A DNA stretch of 64,000 nucleotides from positions 7,929 through 71,928 of IMG/VR virus record IMGVR_UViG_3300006810_000035, one strand, 5' to 3'. How positions within the stretch are numbered: the first letter of the stretch is position 1; every line of letters begins with the position of its first letter. The notes under the pieces were generated by a model. It saw only the letters and a list, made by a program, of their open reading frames with translations. It was not told the origin of the DNA and did not search any database. Shown piece by piece: positions 1 through 9,567 of this stretch. The DNA is from a virus. Made by a program: the position numbers and the translations under genes.

Positions 1-2
1 CT

Positions 3-137
3 AATTCGTTTCACAGTTCAACAACTAACGTAAGAGTAGCAACCGAAAATTATAAAAGCAATAGAGATGAAAGGGGGATTGCTTCGGCTAAAACTTTGGG
101 GGCTTTTGGTGTAAGAGTTAGGAATCATTATACATAA
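3..137 (+). CDS. 3' fragment of a gene truncated by the window edge; possible C-type-lectin/DUF1566-like tail protein end
   Basis: Frame 3 is open from 3 to TAA 135-137: NSFHSSTTNVRVATENYKSNRDERGIASAKTLGAFGVRVRNHYT. The 'SST...K...VR' ending weakly resembles CLec-fold C-termini. Confidence 0.4.
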   Translation, partial: NSFHSSTTNVRVATENYKSNRDERGIASAKTLGAFGVRVRNHYT

Positions 138-142
138 ACAAT

Positions 143-442
143 ATGAAAGCAAAAGGAATAATAAAAATAACAGAGGAATTAACTTTAACTAATCCTTCAG
201 CAGAAGTTGAAGGTATTAGATATAGTTGGAATGGAGATAATAAGATTTATTTTGAGTTTATCTTTACAGAAGATAATAGTTCTTTAAGAAATTCTAGAAC
301 ATTTGAAATTACTAATACAGGTGGAGGATATTTATCTGGAGAAGATATTTGGAATAAACTAATAGAAATTCCAGCATTAAAGAAATTTGATACTGTAGAA
401 AATAAAACTTGGATTCAAAAATTTATTGGATTCTTTAAATAA
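143..442 (+). CDS. Hypothetical protein (tail-associated context)
   Basis: 99-aa ORF in a tightly packed + strand operon. Confidence 0.6.
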   Translation: MKAKGIIKITEELTLTNPSAEVEGIRYSWNGDNKIYFEFIFTEDNSSLRNSRTFEITNTGGGYLSGEDIWNKLIEIPALKKFDTVENKTWIQKFIGFFK

Positions 443-450
443 TATTAACT

Positions 451-2148
451 ATGTTTCCTTACTTAGGATTAGGTTTAAATAGATATAGAGGAAGCATCTC
501 TGATGGTGTTTTTAATAATCATTCTTTATTATTAGATGGCTCTGCTGAATTTATAGATGCGGATAATGTGTTAACTCCTTTATCTTCTACTACACAAGGT
601 ACTATTATAGTTAGAATTAACGTATTAGCACTGTCAGGTAATCACTCTATTGTAACTTTCGGGGACACTAATGCAAGTGAAGATATATTTTTCTTTATCA
701 ATTCTTCTGGTCAATTAAATGCTTTGGCAAGAACTGGTGGTTTTGCAGACTGGCAATTAAGAACTGATGAAGCTGTAATAATTACTGATACTTGGATAAC
801 TGTTGGATTAACACAAGACGGAACTAGCCCTAAATTATGGATAGATGGTGCTGAAGCTGCTTCAACATTTGTAGTACAGTCTGATAAAACAACCTGGTTT
901 AATGATTTGTCTGGGCTAGATAACGGTAGAATAGGTGCTCATAATAAAAATAGTGCTGGAAACATCTTTCTTCTTAATGCTTATATAGGGGATACTATAT
1001 TTACAAGTGATGCTAAGAATGCAGCAACTATGTTAGACATACATAACGGAGGTGTAGCTAAAGATGAAAGTGGATTATCTAACCTAGTTGGCTACTATAG
1101 AATGGGGGATGCTGCAGGAGATAATTGGAATAGTGATGCGGCTAATGAATGGACATTTAAAAATAGTGGTTCAAGCTTAGACATAACTACTTCAGGATGT
1201 GAAGAAGCAGATGTTGTAGAAAATGTACCTTTTAATCAAATAAGTGCCTCTTCTGTATTTGAAAACAGTATTACATATACTCCAGGAACATATTATAATA
1301 TAAAGAGTACAACAAGTCAATTTTCATTCACGACAACTGCAACTACATTCTCTATAAAAGGAGAGCCTGTTGGAACTAGAGATGATATAGCAATTCTAAT
1401 AAACGGGGTTTATAGTCAAACTGTAGCTATTACAGAAGGTGTTTGGTCTAAAGTGACTGTTGCTGGTGGTAGTAAAGTTGTAACATTAGTAGAACCTAGG
1501 GTATCAGGAACTGCTTTCTCAACTTGTACTTTATCAGGATTACAGGTAGACCCTTCATTATATACTAGAACTAATCCATCTAATGTAGCTGAAAGGTTTG
1601 TATTCCTAGGTGATTCTATTGCACAAGGTGCTTTAGGTACAAATGAATTTACTGATGGGTATGCTCAACTATTTAAATATACTGATAGTAAAAATGTTAG
1701 TATAATAGGATACGCAGGGGCAGCTTTAAAACAATTGGCTGAAGCTTCTTTAGATATAGCTGAAACAGTTAGTTGGGTTACAGACGCATTCAGTGATACT
1801 ACAACTACAAAGAAATTAGTAATTGGATTATCTACTAATGATCACGACTTAGGAAGAACTGCCGCTAACATAACAACTTGGGGAGGAGATTTATTGGACG
1901 ATATAAATACTGCTGATTCAAGTATACAAATATTCGTATTAGGACCAACAACTAAATCTACAGAGGATTCTCTATTAGACGATTATAGAACTGCTCTTAG
2001 TGATTTATGTACAGCAAGAGCTTATTGTACTTATATAGAACTTAAAACAGTATTAACATACCCAGGGGCTGACTTTGGGGATACAATTCACCCTAGTACA
2101 GCAGGACATGTAAAAATACATGACTTTATTGATGGGACAATATTATAA
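451..2148 (+). CDS. Tail/receptor-binding protein with N-terminal LamG/concanavalin-like domain and C-terminal SGNH/GDSL hydrolase
   Basis: LamG-like pattern (SLLLDGSAEFID, W..V.LTQDG...KLWIDG, NLVGYYRMGD). SGNH blocks FLGDSIAQG, GLSTND and DTIHPS. Confidence 0.75.
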   Translation: MFPYLGLGLNRYRGSISDGVFNNHSLLLDGSAEFIDADNVLTPLSSTTQGTIIVRINVLALSGNHSIVTFGDTNASEDIFFFINSSGQLNALARTGGFADWQLRTDEAVIITDTWITVGLTQDGTSPKLWIDGAEAASTFVVQSDKTTWFNDLSGLDNGRIGAHNKNSAGNIFLLNAYIGDTIFTSDAKNAATMLDIHNGGVAKDESGLSNLVGYYRMGDAAGDNWNSDAANEWTFKNSGSSLDITTSGCEEADVVENVPFNQISASSVFENSITYTPGTYYNIKSTTSQFSFTTTATTFSIKGEPVGTRDDIAILINGVYSQTVAITEGVWSKVTVAGGSKVVTLVEPRVSGTAFSTCTLSGLQVDPSLYTRTNPSNVAERFVFLGDSIAQGALGTNEFTDGYAQLFKYTDSKNVSIIGYAGAALKQLAEASLDIAETVSWVTDAFSDTTTTKKLVIGLSTNDHDLGRTAANITTWGGDLLDDINTADSSIQIFVLGPTTKSTEDSLLDDYRTALSDLCTARAYCTYIELKTVLTYPGADFGDTIHPSTAGHVKIHDFIDGTIL

Positions 2149-2151
2149 AAG

Positions 2152-2421
2152 ATGCAACAACAAATAAACAAACTATCAGAACAAATAGCTGAGATAGAGA
2201 AACATCAGATTAATCAGAGTAAAGACATCACTATTATAAAACATGCTATAACTGGTAGTGACTTAAACCCTAATGGGGTAATAGAAAGGTTAGATAAGTT
2301 AGAAAGCTTTGCTTCAAAAGCTAAGAAGCATGGATATATAGTAGCAGGAATATTAATAGCATTCTCAGCATTAAAAGCAGGATGGGATAATATAATTGAC
2401 TGGATAACTCATATAGTATAA
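2152..2421 (+). CDS. Small coiled-coil membrane protein (holin/XhlA-like)
   Basis: Heptad-rich N-terminus and one C-terminal hydrophobic helix; lies upstream of the endolysin. Confidence 0.5.
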   Translation: MQQQINKLSEQIAEIEKHQINQSKDITIIKHAITGSDLNPNGVIERLDKLESFASKAKKHGYIVAGILIAFSALKAGWDNIIDWITHIV

Positions 2422-2903
2422 TGGGAAATAAAAGTGAAATAGTAAATAACTTTTTAAATACTCTTCAAGGTAAGATTATTGGTGCAATATGTGGTATACT
2501 AGTTTTAACATTAGTAACCAAATATGAAGCTATAGTAGAGACTTTTGACAAAGGAACTGTTATTGAAAGACAAGAAGAAACTAAATCTGACATTATGGAG
2601 ATAATGAGTCAGGAAGCATTTTTTGACAGTTTAATGGTAACTAAGCCTATGGTAAAATATAGAGCTAAACAAACAGTTATATTAACTAAACAGATGCTTA
2701 ATAGTAAAGATTCTAACAGAGTAAAGTTTTCAGCTAGATTATCCCAAGCTACAGGAATGACTTTAGAAGCGTTAGTGGATACATTAGCTGTTATGGTTAA
2801 TGAAAGAAGAATACACAAAATGCCTTTACAGAGATGGAAAGAGCAGGATTTAATATTATTAATAAAGAGGCACTCATATAGAGCACCTACAGAGTTTAAT
2901 TAA
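2421..2903 (+). CDS. Membrane-anchored hypothetical protein (lysis region)
   Basis: N-terminal TM segment IIGAICGILVLTLV; TAATG coupling to the previous gene. Confidence 0.55.
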   Translation: MGNKSEIVNNFLNTLQGKIIGAICGILVLTLVTKYEAIVETFDKGTVIERQEETKSDIMEIMSQEAFFDSLMVTKPMVKYRAKQTVILTKQMLNSKDSNRVKFSARLSQATGMTLEALVDTLAVMVNERRIHKMPLQRWKEQDLILLIKRHSYRAPTEFN

Positions 2904-2905
2904 TT

Positions 2906-3385
2906 ATGAAAATAGAAGTAAAAAGATTTGCAGATAATGGAGACACCACATTGGGAATCCTTTACATCAATGGGGTATTTGAATGCTTCACAGTTGAGGA
3001 TGAGGAAAGAGACATTAAAAAGAAAGGGGAGACTAGAGTTCCTAATGGTACTTATAAAGTGGGTATAAGAAACTCAGGAGGTTTTCATACTAGATATAAA
3101 GCTAAATATGGTAGTATGCATAAAGGAATGTTATGTATATATAATGAAAAAAATTGGATACTAAAGAATAATGGAATGGTATTTCAGTATATCCTTATTC
3201 ATACAGGAAATACAGATGAACATACGGCAGGATGTTTACTAGTAAATGATGCTGTAAGTGGTAAAACCTTTACAGGAAGTTCTAGTAGAGATGCTTATAA
3301 AAATATGTATCCTAAAATAATAAAAGCTTTAGAAAACAACGAAACAGTATCTATTACGTATACTGATATAGAAACAGGTAAATAA
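2906..3385 (+). CDS. DUF5675-family putative endolysin (L,D-transpeptidase-like)
   Basis: TLGILYING.FEC.TVED, GETRVP.G.Y and ILIHTGNT...TAGCLLV motifs. Confidence 0.8.
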   Translation: MKIEVKRFADNGDTTLGILYINGVFECFTVEDEERDIKKKGETRVPNGTYKVGIRNSGGFHTRYKAKYGSMHKGMLCIYNEKNWILKNNGMVFQYILIHTGNTDEHTAGCLLVNDAVSGKTFTGSSSRDAYKNMYPKIIKALENNETVSITYTDIETGK

Positions 3386-3393
3386 TTATAAAG

Positions 3394-3597
3394 ATGACAA
3401 ATACAGTAAAGAAAGTAACAAGCAATTACATGAAGCCTACTCCAAAGAAATGGAGAAAATTAGGTGATGCATTATTAGGAATGAGTTTATTCATAACAGG
3501 TACTGCAGTATATAATGATGTAGATTGGTTAGTATATACCTCAGCAGCTATTGGTGTGATAGGTAAGTTTTTAACTAATTTCTTTTCAGAAGAATAA
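3394..3597 (+). CDS. Putative holin
   Basis: 67 aa with two hydrophobic segments and a PTPKKWRKLGD N-terminus; follows the endolysin. Confidence 0.65.
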   Translation: MTNTVKKVTSNYMKPTPKKWRKLGDALLGMSLFITGTAVYNDVDWLVYTSAAIGVIGKFLTNFFSEE

Positions 3598-4302
3598 ATG
3601 GATTTAAGGAGTACATATAGAAATGCTTATGCATTGCTTTTAACAATGATAGTTATAATACTATTATCTGCTAGGGCATGTTCTCCTGGAGGATTCTTTG
3701 GTGGTACTGCTGTGGTAGGAAAAGATTCTACTTATGTTAAGACTGTTGAGGTATTTAAGAATGTGATTGACACAACTTATACTGACAGTATTATAACATG
3801 GTATCATCAACATCCTATACAAGTGCCTGAGTATATTTATAGAAATAGACCTGACGGTACAGATACAGACTTTTCTGATATAATAGATATGATTAATGAA
3901 TTAGATTCTATTAATGATAGTACAGAGATATTTACTTATGGAGCTAAGGATAGTGTGCTTAACTATATGATATATGTAAGAAGTAGAGTTAAACCTGTAA
4001 GTGTATGGTTGGAATATGATGTTCCTTCACTTACTATAAAGGACTCTACTTATCAAAAAGATTCTACTCATACTAAAGAAGAGATTAAAGTCTCTGAAAA
4101 AGTAAGAGTAAACCAAGTTTACTTAGGATCAGAAGCTATAGTATATCCTAGTTTCAAAGGTGGTTTTGTATCTGCAGACTTTATAAGTAATAAGGGATGG
4201 CAAGTAGAAGTTGGGGTAGGCTATGGTGATTTTGGAAATGGTGTAGTACCTATGGGAAAGATAGGTTTTAAAAAATTAATTAGTTTTAGAAAAAAGAAAT
4301 GA
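3598..4302 (+). CDS. Putative spanin-like membrane/lipoprotein
   Basis: N-terminal hydrophobic segment ending in a Cys (LLSARAC), with C-terminal beta-strand-like segments; lysis cassette position. Confidence 0.45.
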   Translation: MDLRSTYRNAYALLLTMIVIILLSARACSPGGFFGGTAVVGKDSTYVKTVEVFKNVIDTTYTDSIITWYHQHPIQVPEYIYRNRPDGTDTDFSDIIDMINELDSINDSTEIFTYGAKDSVLNYMIYVRSRVKPVSVWLEYDVPSLTIKDSTYQKDSTHTKEEIKVSEKVRVNQVYLGSEAIVYPSFKGGFVSADFISNKGWQVEVGVGYGDFGNGVVPMGKIGFKKLISFRKKK

Positions 4303-4613
4303 GTACATTTACACAGTTTAATCCAGGTACTGTCTTAGAAATAAGACAAATCCACAATAAGGCTCAGGCAACTGAGAATAAAATTTATTGGGGTAGAGCT
4401 GCAGATGGTTCTGTACATAAATATAGAGGTACTCACGAAGGTAGATTAAAAGATGAAACTGAATTAATACAAGCTGAAGATGATATACTTGTTAATGATG
4501 CAGGTATTAAATCTAATAAAGGTGAAATAGATAACAATGCAGAAGACATAAAAGCTTTAGATGAAAAGAAAGCTGATAAGTGTTATGCACTTGCAATGAG
4601 TATTATATTATGA
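4299..4613 (+). CDS. Hypothetical structural protein
   Basis: 104-aa ORF with ATGA overlap and a C-terminal coiled coil. Confidence 0.55.
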   Translation: MSTFTQFNPGTVLEIRQIHNKAQATENKIYWGRAADGSVHKYRGTHEGRLKDETELIQAEDDILVNDAGIKSNKGEIDNNAEDIKALDEKKADKCYALAMSIIL

Positions 4614-4978
4614 ATAAAATAATATTAGATAAGGAAAAATATACGTTTGATGCTTCAGCTCAAACTATTACTTTTACAGAGGTAATACCTTTACAACATA
4701 TATTGTTAGTTACTAATATTACTGATAATACTATTATATACAACTTTGCTTGTGATGGATTTGGGGGAACTATCTCTTCTTTAGTACTAACTTTAGAGTA
4801 TGATACTACTTCAATGAGTGATTCAGATGAATTATCTATCATAGTTTATACAGAAGAGTTAGCTACAGATACTGAACAAACAAAGTTATTAGAAGCTATT
4901 TCATTACAGACTCAGTGCTTAAATGAAATATTAAATGAAATAAAAATGTCTAATGTTTTTATAAAAGCATTAGCTTAA
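4610..4978 (+). CDS. Phage tail-associated beta-rich protein
   Basis: Probable start at ATG 4610 (ATGA overlap) rather than 4580; YTFDASAQTITF...ILLVTN..DN.IIYNFA...LTL.YDT.SMS pattern. Confidence 0.55.
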   Translation: MNKIILDKEKYTFDASAQTITFTEVIPLQHILLVTNITDNTIIYNFACDGFGGTISSLVLTLEYDTTSMSDSDELSIIVYTEELATDTEQTKLLEAISLQTQCLNEILNEIKMSNVFIKALA

Positions 4979-4988
4979 ATTAATTAAT

Positions 4989-5579
4989 ATGAGTGAAATG
5001 AAGATAAAAGATGGTAGCGGTAAAAATAAACTTGCTATTGTAGATAGTACCCAGAGGCTTTATACAAGGTCTGTATCTGAAGATGAATGGAAAGAAGCTA
5101 CTATTAATGGTGACCATTATGCAGTAACATCTGGAGCTATTACTTTAACTAGTGCTAACCTTAGTGCAATGTTATACTTTAAAAACAATGAAGAGGAAGA
5201 CTTACTTATTGATAGAATAGTCTTTAATTCAGATGATTCTACTGGAGGAACAGTAGACCAATTTGTTTTTACTATGGTAAAAAACCCTGATGGTCTTGGT
5301 TCTGGTAGTGGTAATGATGCTACCATTGTTAATACAAACTTTGCTTCTCCTAAGACATTAGATATTATTAGTGAAAAAGGACAAGAAGCTGCTACTGTAA
5401 CTAATGGTACTACAATAGCAGGATGGAGAATTGAAAATCCTACTAGAATGAGAGTTGTTAATGTTAGACTTATTATGCCAAAAGGTTCAAGTATAGCTTT
5501 TACAGTTACACCACCAGCTAGTAATACCTCTATGGTAGCTGTTGTTGCGTGTAATGTTCACAAAATAAAAACATTATAA
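4989..5579 (+). CDS. Putative tail structural protein (paralog 1)
   Basis: Beta-rich, Thr/Ser/Gly-rich; N-terminus IKDGSG...A.VD...RL. Confidence 0.55.
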   Translation: MSEMKIKDGSGKNKLAIVDSTQRLYTRSVSEDEWKEATINGDHYAVTSGAITLTSANLSAMLYFKNNEEEDLLIDRIVFNSDDSTGGTVDQFVFTMVKNPDGLGSGSGNDATIVNTNFASPKTLDIISEKGQEAATVTNGTTIAGWRIENPTRMRVVNVRLIMPKGSSIAFTVTPPASNTSMVAVVACNVHKIKTL

Positions 5580-5580
5580 T

Positions 5581-6180
5581 ATGGCTTTAGAATTTGAAAT
5601 AGTTGACGGTACAGGAGTAAATGGTTCTGCAAAAGTTAATGATAAAAATGAATTACAGGTAAGGGCTACCAACCATCCTATACAGCACGTTATCTCAGAA
5701 AGAGATGGGCAGGCTTATCAAGTGGTGGGGGACTTTGCTTCAGTAAATAATAGTACTCATACTATATTACACTTAAAGAATACTAGTACTACTAAGAATA
5801 TGTACATTACTTATATTAGAGTACAAACAGTAGATTTAGCAGGTGGTACTACTTTACCTTCAGCTAATACTTATTGGCAAGTAGGAACAGGGACCACATA
5901 TAGTTCTGGGGGTACTGCAGTTACACCAGTAAATGTAAACTTTTCTAGTGCTAACCAAGCTTCCGCTACTGCTTATGATAACAATCCCACATTAGGAGGG
6001 AGTTTTACTGAGACAGATAGATACTATGTACAGTCAGAGGCTGATGCTGTAACCTATAGAAAAGAAGCTGTAATGATATTAGGACCTAATGACACTATAG
6101 ATGTTAGATTAATTAGTGACCACACATCAGGGACTGCTTACGCTAGAATAAGTTTCTTTTATGAAAATGCTGATGATTAA
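5581..6180 (+). CDS. Putative tail structural protein (paralog 2)
   Basis: N-terminus IVDGTG...AKVN...EL; shares L..KN, N.NF.S and I(L/M)P motifs with 4989..5579. Confidence 0.55.
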   Translation: MALEFEIVDGTGVNGSAKVNDKNELQVRATNHPIQHVISERDGQAYQVVGDFASVNNSTHTILHLKNTSTTKNMYITYIRVQTVDLAGGTTLPSANTYWQVGTGTTYSSGGTAVTPVNVNFSSANQASATAYDNNPTLGGSFTETDRYYVQSEADAVTYRKEAVMILGPNDTIDVRLISDHTSGTAYARISFFYENADD

Positions 6181-6189
6181 TAAATAATT

Positions 6190-7287
6190 ATGCCAACTAG
6201 AGTTAAAATACAAGGAGGTACATCTCATAAACCTGCAGATGTAAAAAATACTAAAGAGTTTGGTAACGGGCTTAAAGTATTTACATATACTGGTGAAAGA
6301 CTATATGACAGAAGTGCTTTCTTCACTAATGAGACATACGGTTCTGATATGAACCAAGATGCTTCTACAGGAGGTACTCCAGATAGAGTTCATAATGGTA
6401 TTGATACTATATTATGGACAGCTTCTGCAATTGCAGGTACTTGGACTTTTAATGACCCTGCTCAAGCACATATTAGTGCCCAAAGTATTGGTGCTACAGC
6501 CACCGTTAATAACGATGTTGCTCAAATAGCTAAAGGCTCTAATTTAACTATAGCTAACTATGTATCTTTGACTGGCTGGATATATATTACAGGATGGAGT
6601 ACTTCAGGTACAAAGCAAGTTAATGTGGTAGGATGGGATACAGGTACTGCAGCAGCAGTAAGTAGTTCAGTTAATATTGGTAACTATGTTGATACTACAA
6701 CCCTAAATACTTGGCAAAAATTTACTATTCCTTTTGCAGACTTTGGATTCACTTCGACTACATTAGATGCAATTAGAATTACTACAGTGGATATAGGAGC
6801 AGGACCCCCTCCTAATTACTATTTAGATGACATACAGTTTGAACAAACAGGAGGTTCTATTATATATGAAGCAGGACCACAGCCAGGAGAAGTATGGGAG
6901 GTTAATAACATCAATGTGGTATTTGCCGATGCTTATGCTGGTACTGTTACTAATGGAACTATGCCTAGCATACCTTATGATGGTTTTTTAGGAGTATCTA
7001 CTTTAACTAGTGGAATAGTATTTAAAGTAACTCAAGGAGGACAGAGTTTAGGTAGTTCTACTTATACTGACTTTATAGATATAATGTCCATGGCTGAAAG
7101 AGTAACCTATCAATCAGGAAGTGATGGTACTAATACTTGGGTAAGAGTTGATATAGAATATCCTAACCATTTTAGATTGGAAGGAAAGAATAGAGATAAA
7201 TTAGAAGTAACAATTAACGATGATTTGACGGGATTATTACACTTTAGGTCTAATGTTAATTACTCTAAATTTATTGATATAGAATAA
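6190..7287 (+). CDS. Putative tail fibre/structural protein with a carbohydrate-binding-like domain
   Basis: TWQKFTIPFADF...YYLDDIQF is a CBM/galactose-binding-like pattern. Confidence 0.55.
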   Translation: MPTRVKIQGGTSHKPADVKNTKEFGNGLKVFTYTGERLYDRSAFFTNETYGSDMNQDASTGGTPDRVHNGIDTILWTASAIAGTWTFNDPAQAHISAQSIGATATVNNDVAQIAKGSNLTIANYVSLTGWIYITGWSTSGTKQVNVVGWDTGTAAAVSSSVNIGNYVDTTTLNTWQKFTIPFADFGFTSTTLDAIRITTVDIGAGPPPNYYLDDIQFEQTGGSIIYEAGPQPGEVWEVNNINVVFADAYAGTVTNGTMPSIPYDGFLGVSTLTSGIVFKVTQGGQSLGSSTYTDFIDIMSMAERVTYQSGSDGTNTWVRVDIEYPNHFRLEGKNRDKLEVTINDDLTGLLHFRSNVNYSKFIDIE

Positions 7288-7302
7288 AAAGTTGCTAAAA
7301 AA

Positions 7303-7334
7303 TTTGGAAGTAATAAATAACTTTCGTATGTTTG
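7303..7334 (+). promoter_or_regulatory. Bacteroidota-type sigma70 promoter (-33/-7)
   Basis: TTTG at 7303-7306, a 20-nt spacer, then TATGTTTG at 7327-7334, matching the TTTG-N19-21-TAnnTTTG consensus. Confidence 0.8.
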
Positions 7335-7364
7335 CTAAGATTTTGATTTTAAACATGTTTTTAG

Positions 7365-7409
7365 AGAGTCTAGGCAAATATTCCAAATAGGGACCTAGAC
7401 TCTTTTTTT
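7365..7409 (+). terminator. Intrinsic terminator-like hairpin
   Basis: AGAGTCTAGG...CCTAGACTCT 10-bp stem followed by a T-run. Confidence 0.65.
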
Positions 7410-7428
7410 ATTAACCAATAAATATATT

Positions 7429-8349
7429 ATGAGTAGAGAAGACTTAATAAATAAATTTTTAAATAATAGAAGTTATTTAAAAAATGGTGCTAATTATTTA
7501 GCTTCCATATGGAATGTGGATCCTAATGAAGTAAGGATAGCTAGAAAGAAAACTAAATTAATATTACTAGAAAAAGAAGTTGATGAAGATTCAGATAAAG
7601 AATTTAGAAGAATGTTCTTTGATATTGAAACTAGTTATAATGTAATAGCTGATTTCTCTTGTGGGTATAATAAATCAATTGGACCTCATCAAATATTAAG
7701 AGAAAGAGGTATAATATGTATCTGTTGGAAATGGGAAGGAGAAGATAAAGTTCATTATCTTAAATGGGATGACAACCAATGTGATAAAAATATGCTTATT
7801 GAATTTACTAAAGAACTTGAAAAAGCAGATGAAGCTATAGGTCATAATGGAGATAAATTTGATTTAAGATGGTTAAGAGGAAGAGCTATAATACATCAAG
7901 TGCCTTTTCCAACTTATGTTAAGTCACTAGATACATTGAAAAAAGTTAGATCAGCAGGATACTTTAATTCTAATAAGTTAGATTACTTAGCTAAGATCTT
8001 ATTAGGATATGGTAAAGTAGATACTGGGGGATTTCAATTATGGGTAGACATCTGTGAAAAGAAATGTAAAACTGCCATGCATAAAATGATTACTTATTGT
8101 AAGAATGATGTAGTAATATTAGAGGAAGTATTTGAAAAACTTAGTCCTTACATTACACATAATACACATGTAGGTGCGGCAAAAGGAAATAATAAGCATA
8201 GCTGTAAAGCTTGCGGAAGTGATAACATATCATTTAAAAAGAATGTATTTACTCAAACAGGTAACATACAGAAATTAGTAGAATGTACAGATTGTGGAAC
8301 AGATTTCAAATTATCTAATGCTGTCTGGAAGAAATATTTAAAAAGTTAA
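7429..8349 (+). CDS. RNase H-fold DEDDy 3'-5' exonuclease (RNase_H_2/YprB-like) with C-terminal zinc ribbon
   Basis: FFDIET, HNGDKFD, YCKNDV; CKAC...CTDC. Confidence 0.8.
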   Translation: MSREDLINKFLNNRSYLKNGANYLASIWNVDPNEVRIARKKTKLILLEKEVDEDSDKEFRRMFFDIETSYNVIADFSCGYNKSIGPHQILRERGIICICWKWEGEDKVHYLKWDDNQCDKNMLIEFTKELEKADEAIGHNGDKFDLRWLRGRAIIHQVPFPTYVKSLDTLKKVRSAGYFNSNKLDYLAKILLGYGKVDTGGFQLWVDICEKKCKTAMHKMITYCKNDVVILEEVFEKLSPYITHNTHVGAAKGNNKHSCKACGSDNISFKKNVFTQTGNIQKLVECTDCGTDFKLSNAVWKKYLKS

Positions 8350-8353
8350 ATAG

Positions 8354-9046
8354 ATGACTGAAAATGAAGCAGTATTTAATATACTAAGCAAAATAAAACC
8401 TTATCTAGAAGATGATAGTGATATCTCTCCTAGAGAGGTTTCTTTTAAATTAGCTAACCAAAGAGCCTTGCTTCTTAGGAATGAGCTAAATAGAAATAGA
8501 AGTATTGATCCAGATATCATCCAAGATTTAGGATGTGTGGCTATGGAATTAGCTGACCCTGCAGAGTGTTGTGATGTATCAACTGGATGTAAGGTTCTTA
8601 GAACTGTTTTAGAGATACCTACAACAATTGAACTTTATAATGATATAACACTAACTAGAATTGGACCAGTAGATAAAACTAAGAAAGAGTTCAGTAGAAC
8701 AACTCTAAGCGGTGCAAAATGGGTGGGTAATGGAAAGTATACAAAAAATGAGATATACGCTTACACGGCAAATAACAGGGTTTATTTAGTGTCTAATACT
8801 GACAACCATAAGTTCATAGAGAATATTAACATTAGGGGAGTATTTGAAAATCCTGCGGATGTAATACCTTTTACAAACTGTTCAACTGGTTCTAGTTGTT
8901 ATTCTGCTGATGATAAATATCCATTAAAAGCTTGGATGTATAATTACATTGAAGGACAAGTAGTAAAAGAATATGTTCAACTATATAATCTACCTGCTGA
9001 TATATTAAATGATGGTGGAGATAATACTGTAACTAAACAAAGCTAA
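8354..9046 (+). CDS. crAss-like tail ring (tubular) protein
   Basis: R..LL..EL, Q.LGCV.MEL, N.RVYL, I.IRGVFENP and D.KYP pattern; position before the IHF-like, ring and muzzle genes. Confidence 0.65.
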   Translation: MTENEAVFNILSKIKPYLEDDSDISPREVSFKLANQRALLLRNELNRNRSIDPDIIQDLGCVAMELADPAECCDVSTGCKVLRTVLEIPTTIELYNDITLTRIGPVDKTKKEFSRTTLSGAKWVGNGKYTKNEIYAYTANNRVYLVSNTDNHKFIENINIRGVFENPADVIPFTNCSTGSSCYSADDKYPLKAWMYNYIEGQVVKEYVQLYNLPADILNDGGDNTVTKQS

Positions 9047-9567
9047 TGGCTGTTAGAAGTAAAAATAGAGGTATATACAAATCAGACTATGGTATAATAG
9101 ATATGTATAGACATTACAGAAATACTCAAAAAAATAAAGGTATTGAGCCTGTAGACATATCTACTTATAGAAAAATTATTAAATCATATAATATACAAAT
9201 ATGTGATTATATAGTTAAGGAGTCTGGGGAATTAAGACTACCACATAGATTGGGGTATTTAAGAATACGGAAGTTTAAAACTAAATTAAAGCTTGATCAT
9301 AATGGTCAGCTTATTACTAGACATTTACAACCCAATTGGAAAGCTACCAATAAGCTATGGGAAGAAAATGAAAATGCTAAAAAAGAAAAGAAAATAGTTT
9401 GGCATACAAATAAACATACCAATGGTTATTATTATAAATGGTACTGGGATAAAAGAGCTTGTAACATTACTAATCATACTGTATACTCTTTAGTGATGAG
9501 CAGAGACAATAAAAGAAATATAGCTCGTACTATTAATGAAAATGAAAATATAGATTATTATGAATAA
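9046..9567 (+). CDS. crAss-like IHF/HU-like protein
   Basis: GELRLPHRLGYLRIRK and NWKAT..LW...H.N.HT.GY motifs; sits between ring genes as in crAss-like tail modules. Confidence 0.65.
   Translation: MAVRSKNRGIYKSDYGIIDMYRHYRNTQKNKGIEPVDISTYRKIIKSYNIQICDYIVKESGELRLPHRLGYLRIRKFKTKLKLDHNGQLITRHLQPNWKATNKLWEENENAKKEKKIVWHTNKHTNGYYYKWYWDKRACNITNHTVYSLVMSRDNKRNIARTINENENIDYYE

Noticed and set aside
3-137. Possible DGR variable region at the end of a CLec-like tail gene
   Set aside because: No reverse transcriptase and no adenine-variant template repeat were seen in the window; the fold resemblance is weak.
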